DNA from: Cyanophora paradoxa CCMP329
Taxonomy: Eukaryota > Plantae > Glaucophyta
Reading direction: 5' to 3'
Assembly: GCA_004431415.1 (NCBI GenBank)
Contig: QPMI01000361.1
Span: 1 to 42,348, forward strand
Length of the DNA stretch: 42,348 bases
Under the pieces are notes generated by a model. That model was given only the letters and a program-made list of their open reading frames with translations, made no database searches and was not told the origin of the DNA. Position 1 is the first letter of the stretch. The number at the start of each line of letters is the position of its first letter. Made by a program: the position numbers and the translations under genes. This document shows, piece by piece, positions 23,626 to 34,624 of the stretch.

Positions 23626-26177
23626 ATACGCATAAGATTCCGGTACCCCGGAAAATTGCGCGAAGGCCCGCGAGCGAGTAAGCCGGCGCAGTGGGGCTTC
23701 CCCAACGAGGGTGCCTGCTAGCACTGCACGTGGCCGGTCCCAAAACTCGCGGCGCCGACGCCCAACGACCAGCACAGCCCGAACGCGCAAAGTAGGTCCG
23801 CCGGGCGGGCAGCGACAGCCGCAGCGACACCACAGACACCTAGAAGAGCAGCTGCGCCCCTGTTGGCGCCGCGACTCGCGCCAGCTCCCGCGGTAACGTG
23901 TTTAAACGGGCCGGTCCCCGCCGCCTTCTCCTGCCACTCCGAGCGCGCCCGAGAGACGCCACACAACATCTAGAGCCAACATACGCTCGTTTAAGCTCCC
24001 GTCCTCGCTCCGCCCGCCTTCCCGCCAACGCATGCCACCCGCGCATGCGCGGCTCGCCTGAGCTCACGCCCACAGCGCACGACGTACAACTCGACTCGAC
24101 TCCGCGCAGTCGGACGCGCGGCTCCGCCAACGCACCCGGCTCCGCTGCCGCCGATCATGCGGGACCCTCCCCGCGCCCGTCGCTCACGCCCTCCGCCCGC
24201 GCCCCTCCTCCACGAACCTTGACGCCGGCCCCGTACTGCCACAGAGCATGCCGGCGCCAGCGGCCCGTGCGCGGGGCCGCCCGCGCCAGCACGACACTCA
24301 AGAACCACGGGGCCGCGTCCCCCCGCTCACTTGGCTCTCCGTGACGCGTGCGCAACGCTCGCAGGCCTCTGGCGGGACGCGGAGCAAGCGCCCCAAGACG
24401 CGGCGGTGGACAGAGCCCCGAGCTGTGATGCCGCCTCTGCTGGCGCCGCTGGCGCCGGCATGCAAGCCGACGACCCCTACGTATACCCGGGCGCATGAGC
24501 ACTTAAACGCTCGCCCAGCTACCACCGCGGGGTCTGAGCCAGACGGCGCTCGCCTGCCTCAGGGCCCGGCCTCGCCGGGACCCGCCCTCGTGGGGTCCGA
24601 GCCTGATGGCGCTCGCCCACTATCGGACCCGGAATCCCCGGGCTCCGTCGAAGACTTCCCAGCGGCGGACAGTGCGTCCCCGGCAGTCGCTGCCAGGCCC
24701 CGCGCCGCCCGCCCCTCATGCCCGCCGGCGCCGGCCCCTCTCCCACGAGGCGACTGGTCCCCTTGACACCCCCCCGATGCAAGCCTCCTATACGGTCGGC
24801 GAGCTTGAGGGGCGCCTGCGATATCGATATACACACGAATAAGCCGGCCCCCGTCTGCTTTAGGAGGCCCTTAAAAGCTTGGCCCCCTAGTGGAGCAATT
24901 CGAAAGATTTTAACTGCACGAGGGAGCTGGGCACCCTCGCTCGAGCTCGAACTTGCATGCCAGTGCACAGGCCTGTAGCAGCCATTATGCAAATCTCTCA
25001 GAGTCTAAACGTTTAACAAGAGAACTAGGACAGGGTCCGCGTACGGTATATATACACTGCATGCGTACAAGCGCATAGCTAGCTATATAGGCCCTTGCGC
25101 TCATGATCATTTGCATATATATAGCTATAGGGGGCAGCCGCGGCGGCCGCAGCCGCCGCGGCCGCCCCCACCGTTGCCGCCCCCGCCGCCACCGCTGCCG
25201 CCGCTGCCGCTGCCGCCGCCGCCGTCGCCGCCGCCGCGCCGCCACCCCGGCGCCGGCCGCCGCTCCCGCGCCCGCCCCGGGCCCGGCCCCCGCCCCCGGC
25301 CCCGGGCCGGCCACCATCTCGCTCACCAACCACCAGGCGGCCCAGCGCGTGCTGGCCGAGCTCACCTCGGCCCTCGGGGGCCCCGCCGCCATCGAGGCCC
25401 TCCTGGCCGGCCGCCGGGCGGCCGCCGCCGACAACGCGGCAGCGTAGACCTCCCCTCTCTTTCCGATCTCAAAGGCCTCGGCCCTTTCACCCTTTCGGCA
25501 TCAGTTTTCTTTTCACCTTTCCCTCATTACAATCCGCGGTAGCATGACTACCGAAGAAGGGGGCCTCATGACGAGCCCACCGCCCCCCTCTCTGAGTTAG
25601 ATAGCTCCATGAAGCAATGTCACCTCCCTACCCCGCCCCCGCGTAAAGCCCTGCCCACTTGCGGGCCCGCCCCCCCCCTAAAGCTTTTCCCCCGGCCCAG
25701 AAGCTAGCGACAGACTAGCCCCACGGCCGGTACCCCCGCCACGCCCCTCTGTCCCCCGACCACACTAGGGCGCCTACCCCGCCCGTCACCGACCGCCCCC
25801 GCACTGCGCAATGTCTCTTACCAGGACCACATAATCCCCGCGCCCCACACGCAATAAAAATAAGGGGGCGCGCCCGCTACCCTAGCCCGCGCCGCCCCCA
25901 CCCCCCTCCCCACCCCTCTCCCTCGCCCGATAAGATTAGCCCCCTCGGCGCCGAAGTCCACGCACCTACACTCAAGATCACGACAAGCGACCCCCTACCA
26001 CGCCTCCCCCCCACAAGAGAAACGCTCAGCTGTAGCGTCGAAGCGCCTATCCCTGTGTTCCGGCCTCAGGTTATGCTCTGACCCAGAGTTCGGCCATTTC
26101 CGAACCGGTAGTGCGTACGATAATGTTACTGAACAAATACAATCGCCACCGCCCTTGATATGGGCTTTGTGAAAAAA
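23626..26177 (+). mobile_element. 2.55 kb non-autonomous, non-LTR-type retroelement insertion with A-tail and 15 bp TSD
   Basis: AGCTAGCTCTAGCTG at 23611-23625 and 26178-26192; the uninterrupted empty site is at 37362-37376. The 3' end reads ...GGGCTTTGTG-AAAAAA. No RT or endonuclease motifs recognised; degenerate Pro/Ala-rich ORF pieces at 24248-24766 and ending 25447. Confidence 0.85.
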
Positions 26178-26282
26178 AGCTAGCTCTAGCTGTCTCTACG
26201 TTGAAGGTCGATCTAGCCCTATAACTACCCCTGTCTCAGAGCTCAAAAATTCCGGATATCGATCCGCTAGCGCCCGCTCGCT

Positions 26283-26366
26283 TCAAGAGGGGCGCCGGGT
26301 GCCGAGGGCGGCGAGGAGGCGCCGCGTCTCGCGCTCGCCGGACTGCAGCGCCGCGTGCGTCGTACC
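26283..26366 (-). pseudogene. Orphan duplicate of the last exon of the amine oxidase gene
   Basis: [27 protein letters not shown] versus [27 protein letters not shown] at 37467-37550. The acceptor is retained but upstream exons are absent. Confidence 0.85.
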
Positions 26367-26499
26367 CTGCCGCACCCCGCCCCACCCGCGAGGGGGGTAA
26401 GGAAGAGGGGTAGGGGTACCCCCCTCCCGCCGTTCTATTTTAAGCGTTCGAACGCGTTTTAAGCGGCTACCCCCCTCCCGCTCGAACGCGTTCGACCGC

Positions 26500-26923
26500 T
26501 TCCGGCGGCTGTGCCGCCGCCGCGCCCGCCCCCTGGCCCTCGCCGACACCCTCCAGCGCGGTCCGCCGCCCGCCCTCCCTCGGCCTCCGCTCAGGGGCGC
26601 AGGGACGGGCCGGAGCTTCCCGCGCTTTAGGGACGGCTTTAAGCATCGAGGCCCCCCGGGCCCTCGCCCCTCCCTCTCCCACACCGAGGTACTTCTTTTG
26701 CTTCCTTGTTGAGTCCGCTCGAGCTCTGACCTGATTTGATCGCAGGTCGCACGCCACCTGAACGGGCCGATCGACCAGGCGCGCCTTGCAATTGTGCCAG
26801 CGCCTTAAAAAAGCTTCCTCAGAGCTCTCTGAAGCCGCTGCAGAGCGTGGAGAACTGGCGGACGAAGTGGTGCACATCTCGGCCCTGGATCCCCTCAGTG
26901 ACTCAGTGAGGGGCCGCAGGTAA
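26500..26923 (+). pseudogene. Possible 3' fragment of another spliced gene, 5' part missing
   Basis: Using local donor/acceptor consensus it splices to PLALADTLQRG|AQGRAGASRALGTALSIE|VARHLNGPIDQ|SVENWRTKW*. Requires two GC donors; no start found. Confidence 0.35.
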
Positions 26924-27388
26924 GACCGCTACCGGCGGCTGATCGTTGGCATCCTTTGAGGCGCCCGCCGTGCCGCGCCCAATACCCGGCCTTTGCTTGC
27001 AGTTAAAGTGCTTTACTGCAACTGAGCGAGAGGTGCCTTGTACTACTACAACTTAGCCGAAAACGGAACGAAAAGGGGCCTTGAAAGGCTGCCCTCTGTG
27101 CTTGAACGCGAGCTATGCTAACATTGTCTGAAAAGTCAGAGGAATCCGTACATAGATTCCTCTGCAAGATTGACGCGGTCAAGGATACTTCAAACTGCGA
27201 TAGATCCCAGAAGCGTTCACCAATACGTATACGCCATCTGATTCTAACCAAGCGGCGAGATGATCCTACCGCGACAAAAACGTTTATCAAATTGTTATTC
27301 GGGTTTAACTAAAATACTAAACTAGGCGACGAATTTGCAGGCGACAACCAGGCCTGAGGCGCTAAGCTGAAGCAATTGATCATGAAGT

Positions 27389-30300
27389 CTAAAGGAAAAC
27401 AACGCTTCCTGGCTTGTCTTCAGCAGCCTTCCTGTGCGCCAGGGACCCCAAACCGGCGGCTGCCAGCGAGTTGATGTTGACGATGTGCGAGCTGGACGCG
27501 TGGGGCTGCAAGGTCTGAGACGTCCGCAGCCCGCTTGCCTGGGGCCTCCGCTGCTGGGTGACCTGGACCGCAACGACCGCAGCCGCGAGGACGGCGATGC
27601 CAGCGGCGATGGCAATCGCGATGCCCGCGATCGCCCCGCCGGAGAGTCCCGTCGAGGCGCCCGCCGCGGCGGCTTGGTGCGGCGCGATGGCGCTTGAGAG
27701 CGTCCCGAGGGGCGGCGGAACGCTGGACATCAGCGCGAACTGCGCAGGGTCGGAATTCCGATTGAATGTCGCAAGGCAAAGCGGCGCCGCACCGGCGTGA
27801 GGTGGGGGCAGGAGGCGGCATAAAGACTTCCGGAAGGAGATGCCGCGCTGCACACTCGCCACTCCCGCGCAGTCGTGTTAAAATAAACGAGGGAGACGGA
27901 GTAGCCCGAGGCGATCGTGACGCCTTCCAGCGGAACCAGCAAGAAGCCCACGCCGGAGGGGAACTGGGTGATGGCGGCGGCCTTGCCGGCGGCGAGGCCC
28001 GTCGCCGCCACGTCGAGCACGGCGGAGACGATGGCGAATCCGGTCGGCGGCTCTGGGTAGCGGAAGGGGTCGAACACCTTGACCAGCACCTGGTAGTCCG
28101 ACACAAAAGCGTCCGTCGGAAACGAAATCTAACGAAAGATCAGCAAAGCGCATGCAAGGTTCTCTGCAGACGTTCCTATCACGCACGCTCGCTCCAGCAG
28201 CTCCGTCCAAGGCGCTGAGTGCGAGCACCTGACGCTTCTTGGCCGCCCCCGTGCACACCTGCAATTCAAATGAATCAATTGACCGGGCGGCACGCGGACT
28301 CCTGAGCAACGGAAAACCAGCAGTCTCACCTTGTAACCCGTCATGTACTTGTCGCGATTGGTGTCATTCGACCGCTCCTGCTTGCCGCAAGGCGTTGCGC
28401 TGTCCTTCAGAGCAATCTGCGGGATTGATTGAGGAAGACGCCGGGCAAGAATACCAGAATACCAAGCAAAGACGCAGGGATTGCAGGCTCTGAATTAATA
28501 TTCGCACCTGGGCGGCAGCGGCGTTCAAAGTCGCAGAGACAGCCCCCCTGATAGAAGCAGCAGCGGCAGATGCAGGAGGCAGAGCTGTCAAAAGCGCCGA
28601 GAGACTCCGCTGCAGGCTCTAGACAAATTAAACATCAAGGTCATTGCAAGAAAACCCGTCAGGCAGCTGCAGGATGCACCTTTTCGTCGCTTTCCACTGC
28701 CGCTGATGCCAGTAGGTCCTGCTCTGCACGTCAACAAGGGCCGAAACCCGGATTTGACAACTCAACAAATTCACACCGGATTTGGATTCGCATCCACAAC
28801 TTCCATCAGCAGATCTGAAGCCTGGATGACGGCTGCCTCCTGCGCGACGTCGACGGTATACGCTATAAGCTGCGGTGCCTGCAGAACGAATCCGACATGT
28901 CCATTAACGCACCGTCAGGGCACTCGTCGTGGCCGCGACCGGAGCGATCGATGAGAAGACGTTCAGCAGCGCCGCTGCCACCTGTCCGATGACGTGATTA
29001 CGCGGCTCCTTCGTTTCACCTCTTCTATGGGCGCACCTTGGGATCATACAGGACGATCTCGGTTGAGCTCACAGCCGTAATGGTTAGACTAGACACCGCC
29101 TGGCGAACCGTGTTGTTAATTAGAGAATCGTATATCTCAAGACGAGAAAAGATAGCGCGCACGTCGACAGCTCTCACCATGACCGACGAGAACAGAGCAA
29201 AAGCCGCCTGTGCCTCATCGCCGGAACTGCTCTGCACAAGCCGCCTGCGCAACGGCTTGCCGCTGGCCCTGCTGTATTGCTCTATGACTTCATCTATCAG
29301 AGCGTTGATTCGCATCACTTTCGTTAGGTAGTCTGCGTTGCTCTGTTCCAAAGACTCAGTTTCGAACCATCGCTTATCAAGATGGAACCACTTACGACAA
29401 GGATAGAATTTAGCTGCGTGTTGTACGCCCCCCCAGATGCCTGTACGTCCATGAAAATGCATCCAATCGGTTAGTTATCGGTTGCGGTTAGAGATAACTA
29501 ATTATATAACCGATAAAGAGTTATCATGCACCATGAAGTTAGAGATTGCATGTTCTAAACCCAAGCTTGGCGACCGATCGCGACTCGGGCTGGGCAACGG
29601 GCTGGGTGGCGGGCTGGGCGACGGGCTCGGGCTGGGCGAGGGGCTCGGACTGCGCGATGGGCTCGGGCTGGGCGACGGGCTCGGGCTGGGCGAAGTCGAC
29701 GGGGTGGGCGATGGGCTGGGCGACGGGCTGGGCGACGGGCTCGGGCTGGCTGACGCGCTCGGGCTGGGCGATGGGCTGGGTGATGGGCTGGGCGATGGGC
29801 TGGGCGAGGGGCGCAGGCTGGGCGACGGGCTCGGGCTGGGCGACGGGCTGGGCGATGGCCTCGGGCTGGGTGACGGGCTGGGCGATGGGCTGAGCGACGG
29901 GCTGGGCGACGGGCTCGGGTTGGCTGACGCGCTCGGGCTGGGCGACGGGCTGGGTGACGGGCTGGGCGACGGGCTGGGCGATAGGCTCGGGCTGGGCGAC
30001 GGGCTCGGGGTAGGACCGACGTGCGATGCGCTGGTCGTGAAGGAGACGGAGACGGAAGAGCTGACTCCGACGGCGTTTGCGGTCGTGACGTTGCAGGTGT
30101 AGGTCGTCTCGGGGCGCAGGGGGACCTGCACAAATGAACGCAGGACACTAAGGAACGCAGCTGCGTGCGCTGTTCGAAGGGAGCTCGAAGGGCGGACCTT
30201 CACGATGCATGACGTTTCCGATCCTGTAAGCGGGGCTGTGAAGGCGTACGGGAGGGTCGACGGAAGCCCCGGAAAGTGGTCCGCGTAGCCGTAGCGAAGC

Positions 30301-33300
30301 CGGGCCCAAACCTCGACGTTGGCGACCTCCGCGTTCGACAGCTCGCGGCCGTAGACGAGGACGAAGGAGCACTGCCATGACGACGACTCTCCGGATTTTC
30401 CATAATTGACCGAGATCCGGTCCGCTGTCGTTGCAGCTTTCTCAGGAGCTGTAGTCCGTTCGATGCCGTTGGCCCTGTACGAGCGGAGGCGGTCTACACT
30501 GAGAAGCCACGTGTTGAGCCGAGAGGCGCCGTTTGCATTGCCATTGTCTGGTGTAATCCAGCCATCGACGTGGTGAGCCACCCCATAGAACTGGTCCCAG
30601 TGGCCTGAGAGCCAAACCCTGGTGACGCCATCGATAATCCGGCCTTTTGCAGAGCGAGCCAGGCAGGCGTGCACGAGCGTGTAGGCTGTCGTGCTGGTGT
30701 TCATCACAGACTCCGGAATTTGAACGCCGGCGCTCTCATCACCCTGGAGCACGGGCACCCCGCTGGCTGTGGTCGTCGTAATAATACCCCGCTTCACGGT
30801 CGCGTGCCGGCCGTTGCCGCTGAGGTCGTTCCACTGCGAGCCTGTCCACGAGGTCCCGTCGTACCAGCCCGCGATGGACGAGGCGTTCGGCGGCCTGGCG
30901 GCGGTGCTGCCGCCCGTCGGCATGATGCACGAGACGGTGGCGCTCTGCAGCCAATTGGACGGGTCGAGGCCGGTGAGGTTGAGCTGGAAGAAGCCATCCT
31001 CAGCCAGCGTGGGGCCGGAGACGTCGAAGGGCAAGGGAGGCTTCAGCCCGGTCACAAACACGAGCTGCTGCAAAGGAGACGTTCCAGCGGCGTTGCTGAT
31101 CGAAACATTGCATGCGTAAGCGGTGAATGAATCCTGCGATGACCGATGAGCGTGAGAAGCATCGAGATAATATTAATGGAAGTCCGCCAGGTCCTCGAGT
31201 GGACTGCGCACCAAGACCAGAGGAACTGCGGCAGAGGTAGACCCCGCAGCAATCGAGGCTTCTCCGGAGAGCACAGTACCCGCGCTTGGTACGTGGTCAT
31301 CCGTGGTCACGCAGGATGCGTACGCGTCGGTGGCAGCCTCTGCCGAGATCAGCCCATCGATTCGAATGTGCAGCGTGCCGTTGACATTTTCAAGCGGCAC
31401 GCCGCTCGCTCCACCGGCGGGATACGAAACAGCAAAGTTGAACGGGGGCGATGCGCTGGTCGTGAAGGAGACGGAGACGGAAGAGCTGACTCCGACGGCG
31501 TTTGCGGTCGTGACGTTGCAGGTGTAGGTCGTCTCGGGGCGCAGGGGGACCTGCACAAATGAACGCAGGACACTAAGGAACGCAGCTGCTTGCGCTGTTC
31601 GCAGGGTCAGAGAGCTCGAAGGGCGGACCTTCACGATGCATGACGTTTCCGATCCTGTAAGCGGGGCTGTGAAGGCGTACGGGAGGGTCGACGGAAGCCC
31701 TGGAAAGTGGTCCGCGTAGCCGTAGCGAAGCCGGGCCCAAACCTCGACGTTGGCGACCTCCGCGTTCGACAGCTCGCGGTCGTAGACGAGGACGAAGGAG
31801 CACTGCCATGACGACGACTCTCCGGATTTTCCATAATTGACCGAGATCCGGTCCGCTGTCGTTGCAGCTTTCTCAGGAGCTGTAGTCCGTTCGATGCCGT
31901 TGGCCCTGTACGAGCGGAGGCGGTCTACACTGAGAAGCCACGTGTTGAGCCGAGAGGCGCCGTTTGCATTGCCATTGTCTGGTGTAATCCAGCCATTGAC
32001 GTGGTAAGCTACCCCATAGAACTGGTCCCAGTGGCCTGAGAGCCAAACCCTGGTGACGCCATCGATAATCCGGCCTTTTGCAGAGCGAGCCAGGCAGGCG
32101 TGCACGAGCGTGTAGGCTGTCGTGCTGGTGTTCATCACAGACTCCGGAATTTGAACGCCGGCGCTCTCATCACCCTGCAGGAAGAGGACTCCGCTGGCGT
32201 CTGCTGCTGTCGAAATGGCGCCGTTCCGCTTCACGGTCGCGTGCCGGCCGTTGCCGCTGAGGTCGCTCCACTGCTGGTGGACTGTGTCCCACGAGGCTCC
32301 GTCGTACCAGCCCGCGATGGACGAGGCGTACGGCGGCCTGGCGGCGGGGTCGCCGTCGGGCATGCTGCACGAGACGGTGGCCTTTTGTAGCTGGTCGGCG
32401 GGGTCGAGGCCGGTGAGGTTGAACTGAAATAGGCCGTCCTGGTTGAGCACAGGGTCGGACACGGACAAGGCCACCGACGGCTGCCCGGTCACAAACACGA
32501 GCTGCTGCAAAGGAGACGTTCCAGCGGCGTTGCTGATCGAAACATTGCATGCGTAAGCGGTGAATGAATCCTGCGATGACCGATGAGCGTGAGAAGCATC
32601 GAGATAATATTAATGGAAGTCCGCCAGGTCCTCGAGTGGACTGCGCACCAAGACCAGAGGAACTGCGGCAGAGGTAGACCCCGCAGCAATCGAGGCTTCT
32701 CCGGAGAGCACAGTACCCGCGCTTGGTACGTGGTCATCCGTGGTCACGCAGGATGCGTACGCGTCGGTGGCAGCCTCTGCCGAGATCAGCCATCGATTCG
32801 AATGTGCAGCGTGCCGTTGACATTTTCAAGCGGCACGCCGCTCGCTCCACCGGCGGGATACGAAACAGCAAAGTTGAACGGGGGCGATGCGCTGGTCGTG
32901 AAGGAGACGGAGACGGAAGAGCTGACTCCGACGGCGTTTGCGGTCGTGACGTTGCAGGTGTAGGTCGTCTCGGGGCGCAGGGGGACCTGCACAAATGAAC
33001 GCAGGACACTAAGGAACGCAGCTGCTTGCGCTGTTCGCAGGGTCAGAGAGCTCGAAGGGCGGACCTTCACGATGCATGACGTTTCCGATCCTGTAAGCGG
33101 GGCTGTGAAGGCGTACGGGAGGGTCGACGGAAGCCCCGGAAAGTGGTCCGCGTAGCCGTAGCGAAGCCGGGCCCAAACCTCGACGTTGGCGACCTCCGCG
33201 TTCGACAGCTCGCGATCGTAGACGAGGACGAAGGAGCACTGCCATGACGACGACTCTCCGGATTTTCCATAATTGACCGAGATCCGGTCCGCTGTCGTTG

Positions 33301-34027
33301 CAGCTTTCTCAGGAGCTGTAGTCCGTTCGATGCCGTTGGCCCTGTACGAGCGGAGGCGGTCTACACTGAGAAGCCACGTGTTGAGCCGAGAGGCGCCGTT
33401 TGCATTGCTATTGTCTGGTGTAATCCAGCCATCGACGTGGTGAGCCACCCCATAGAACTGGTCCCAGTGGCCTGAGAGCCAAACCCTGGTGACGCCATCG
33501 ATAATCCGGCCTTTTGCAGAGCGAGCCAGGCAGGCGTGCACGAGCGTGTAGGCTGTCGTGCTGGTGTTCATCACAGACTCCGGAATTTGAACGCCGGCGC
33601 TCTCATCACCCTGCAGGAAGAGGACTCCGCTGGCGTCTGCTGCTGTCGAAATGGCGCCGTTCCGCTTCACGGTCGCGTGCCGGCCGTTGCCGCTGAGGTC
33701 GCTCCACTGCTGGTGGACTGTGTCCCACGAGGCTCCGTCGTACCAGCCCGCGATGGACGAGGCGTACGGCGGCCTGGCGGCGGGGTTGCCGTCGGGCATG
33801 CTGCACGAGACGGTGGCCTTCTGCAGGTTTGCGGTAGTGTCGAGGTCGGAGAGCGTGAACTCGAAGAGGCCACCCTGGCCCAGCGTCGGGCCCGACACGG
33901 AGAAGGCCGCCGACGACTGCAACAACAGCATGCAGAGAGCTGTAGCGAAGAAGAGCATTACAACGTCAACGGTTCCGTTCGCGCAGCCGCAGCCGCGCGA
34001 ACGTTGCGTTCGCCGCGACGTCGACAT
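27389..34027 (-). CDS. Single-pass cell-surface adhesion-receptor-like protein: signal peptide, 5 FN3-like domains (3 with inserted LamG/ConA-like domain), (SP)n stalk, RRRL motif, GAIN/GPS-like region, TM helix
   Basis: Signal [18 protein letters not shown]. LamG-like [15 protein letters not shown]...YDRELS.AEV..VE. FN3 ends [20 protein letters not shown] and [48 protein letters not shown]|FALM across intron 27740-27792. [30 protein letters not shown]. One 1 bp frameshift at ~32790. Confidence 0.8.
29584..30010 (-). repeat. (Ser-Pro)n coding minisatellite (extensin/HRGP-like stalk)
   Basis: GGGCTG/GGCGAC/GGGCTC hexamer array on + strand; reads SPSPSP... in ORF 29502-31073. Confidence 0.95.
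30025..33900 (-). repeat. Intragenic tandem repeat, ~1437 bp period, about 2.7 copies including introns
   Basis: Identical ORF-track peptides at 31052 and 32489 (offset 1437). LamG cores and introns are near-identical in all three copies. Confidence 0.95.
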
Positions 34028-34624
34028 CTGCCGCGAGCAGCTCAGATTCTGCGCGCGTGGTAGCAGCATTTGCAACTCTAGGACCTAGATCTGGCGACTC
34101 AGTGGCGAGCCGCGACCGCGGACGACTGCACGCGTACGTACTGAGTTCAGCGCACTCAGTATGACTGCGGCAGCTGGTAGATCCTTGCGTAGCTCCCGCA
34201 CTGCGCCTGCGGCGCAGCTGTGAGCACGTCGTCTGAGCCGCATGCGTTGAGCCGCATGCGTTACGCGTACGATGTCTGAGCCTCGGAGCGCTCCTCTCTC
34301 GAGCAGAGTCGAGCTCAAGTCCTCGCTGCATGCATATGCGCTCAGCCGGAGCTCGAGCTCAACGCCGCGGGCTGAACTTCGGAAGCCGAGGCCCGCTGAA
34401 CTTGGCTATAGATCCGATGACCGGGCGGCGGGCGCATGTGGTCGACAACTTGCAAGCCTTCTGAAGAGCGGCCACTTGCGCCGGCAAGGTGGCGGAGCCC
34501 GGAGCCTCGGAGGGAGCCTCGCCGAGTCGGAGGGGCGACTCTCAAGCCTAGCTAGATCTAGAGTCTCAGGCTCGGAGTACTAGTCTCAGCCGAGTCTCAC
34601 AGGGGCCGGGCGGCTGAGGAGCGG

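Larger units (their letters stand above)
23513..26386. repeat. Left copy of a ~300 bp direct repeat (23513-23625 plus 26178-26386), interrupted by a retroelement; paralogue of 37273-37571
   Basis: Near-identical to 37273-37571 once 23626-26192 is removed. Confidence 0.9.

Noticed and set aside
23682-23760. Loose resemblance to the 7SL/Alu 5' end (GCCGG.CGCAGTGG..GTGCCTG.TAG..TCCCA..ACTCG)
   Set aside because: Needs two large gaps in GC-rich sequence and no SRP S-domain is seen; likely coincidence unless Infernal finds a hit.
29340-29462. Peptide [12 protein letters not shown]...KRWFETE at the start of ORF 29025-29462
   Set aside because: GT-AG splicing gives NFM|[15 protein letters not shown]|SNADYL, so this stretch is intron or off-frame.
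29482-30102. Plus-strand (GLGD)n ORF
   Set aside because: Antisense reading of the (Ser-Pro)n stalk of the minus-strand gene.
30025-33900. Dscam-like mutually exclusive exon array
   Set aside because: The repeats splice consecutively in frame as tandem domains; nothing in the sequence indicates exclusive choice.
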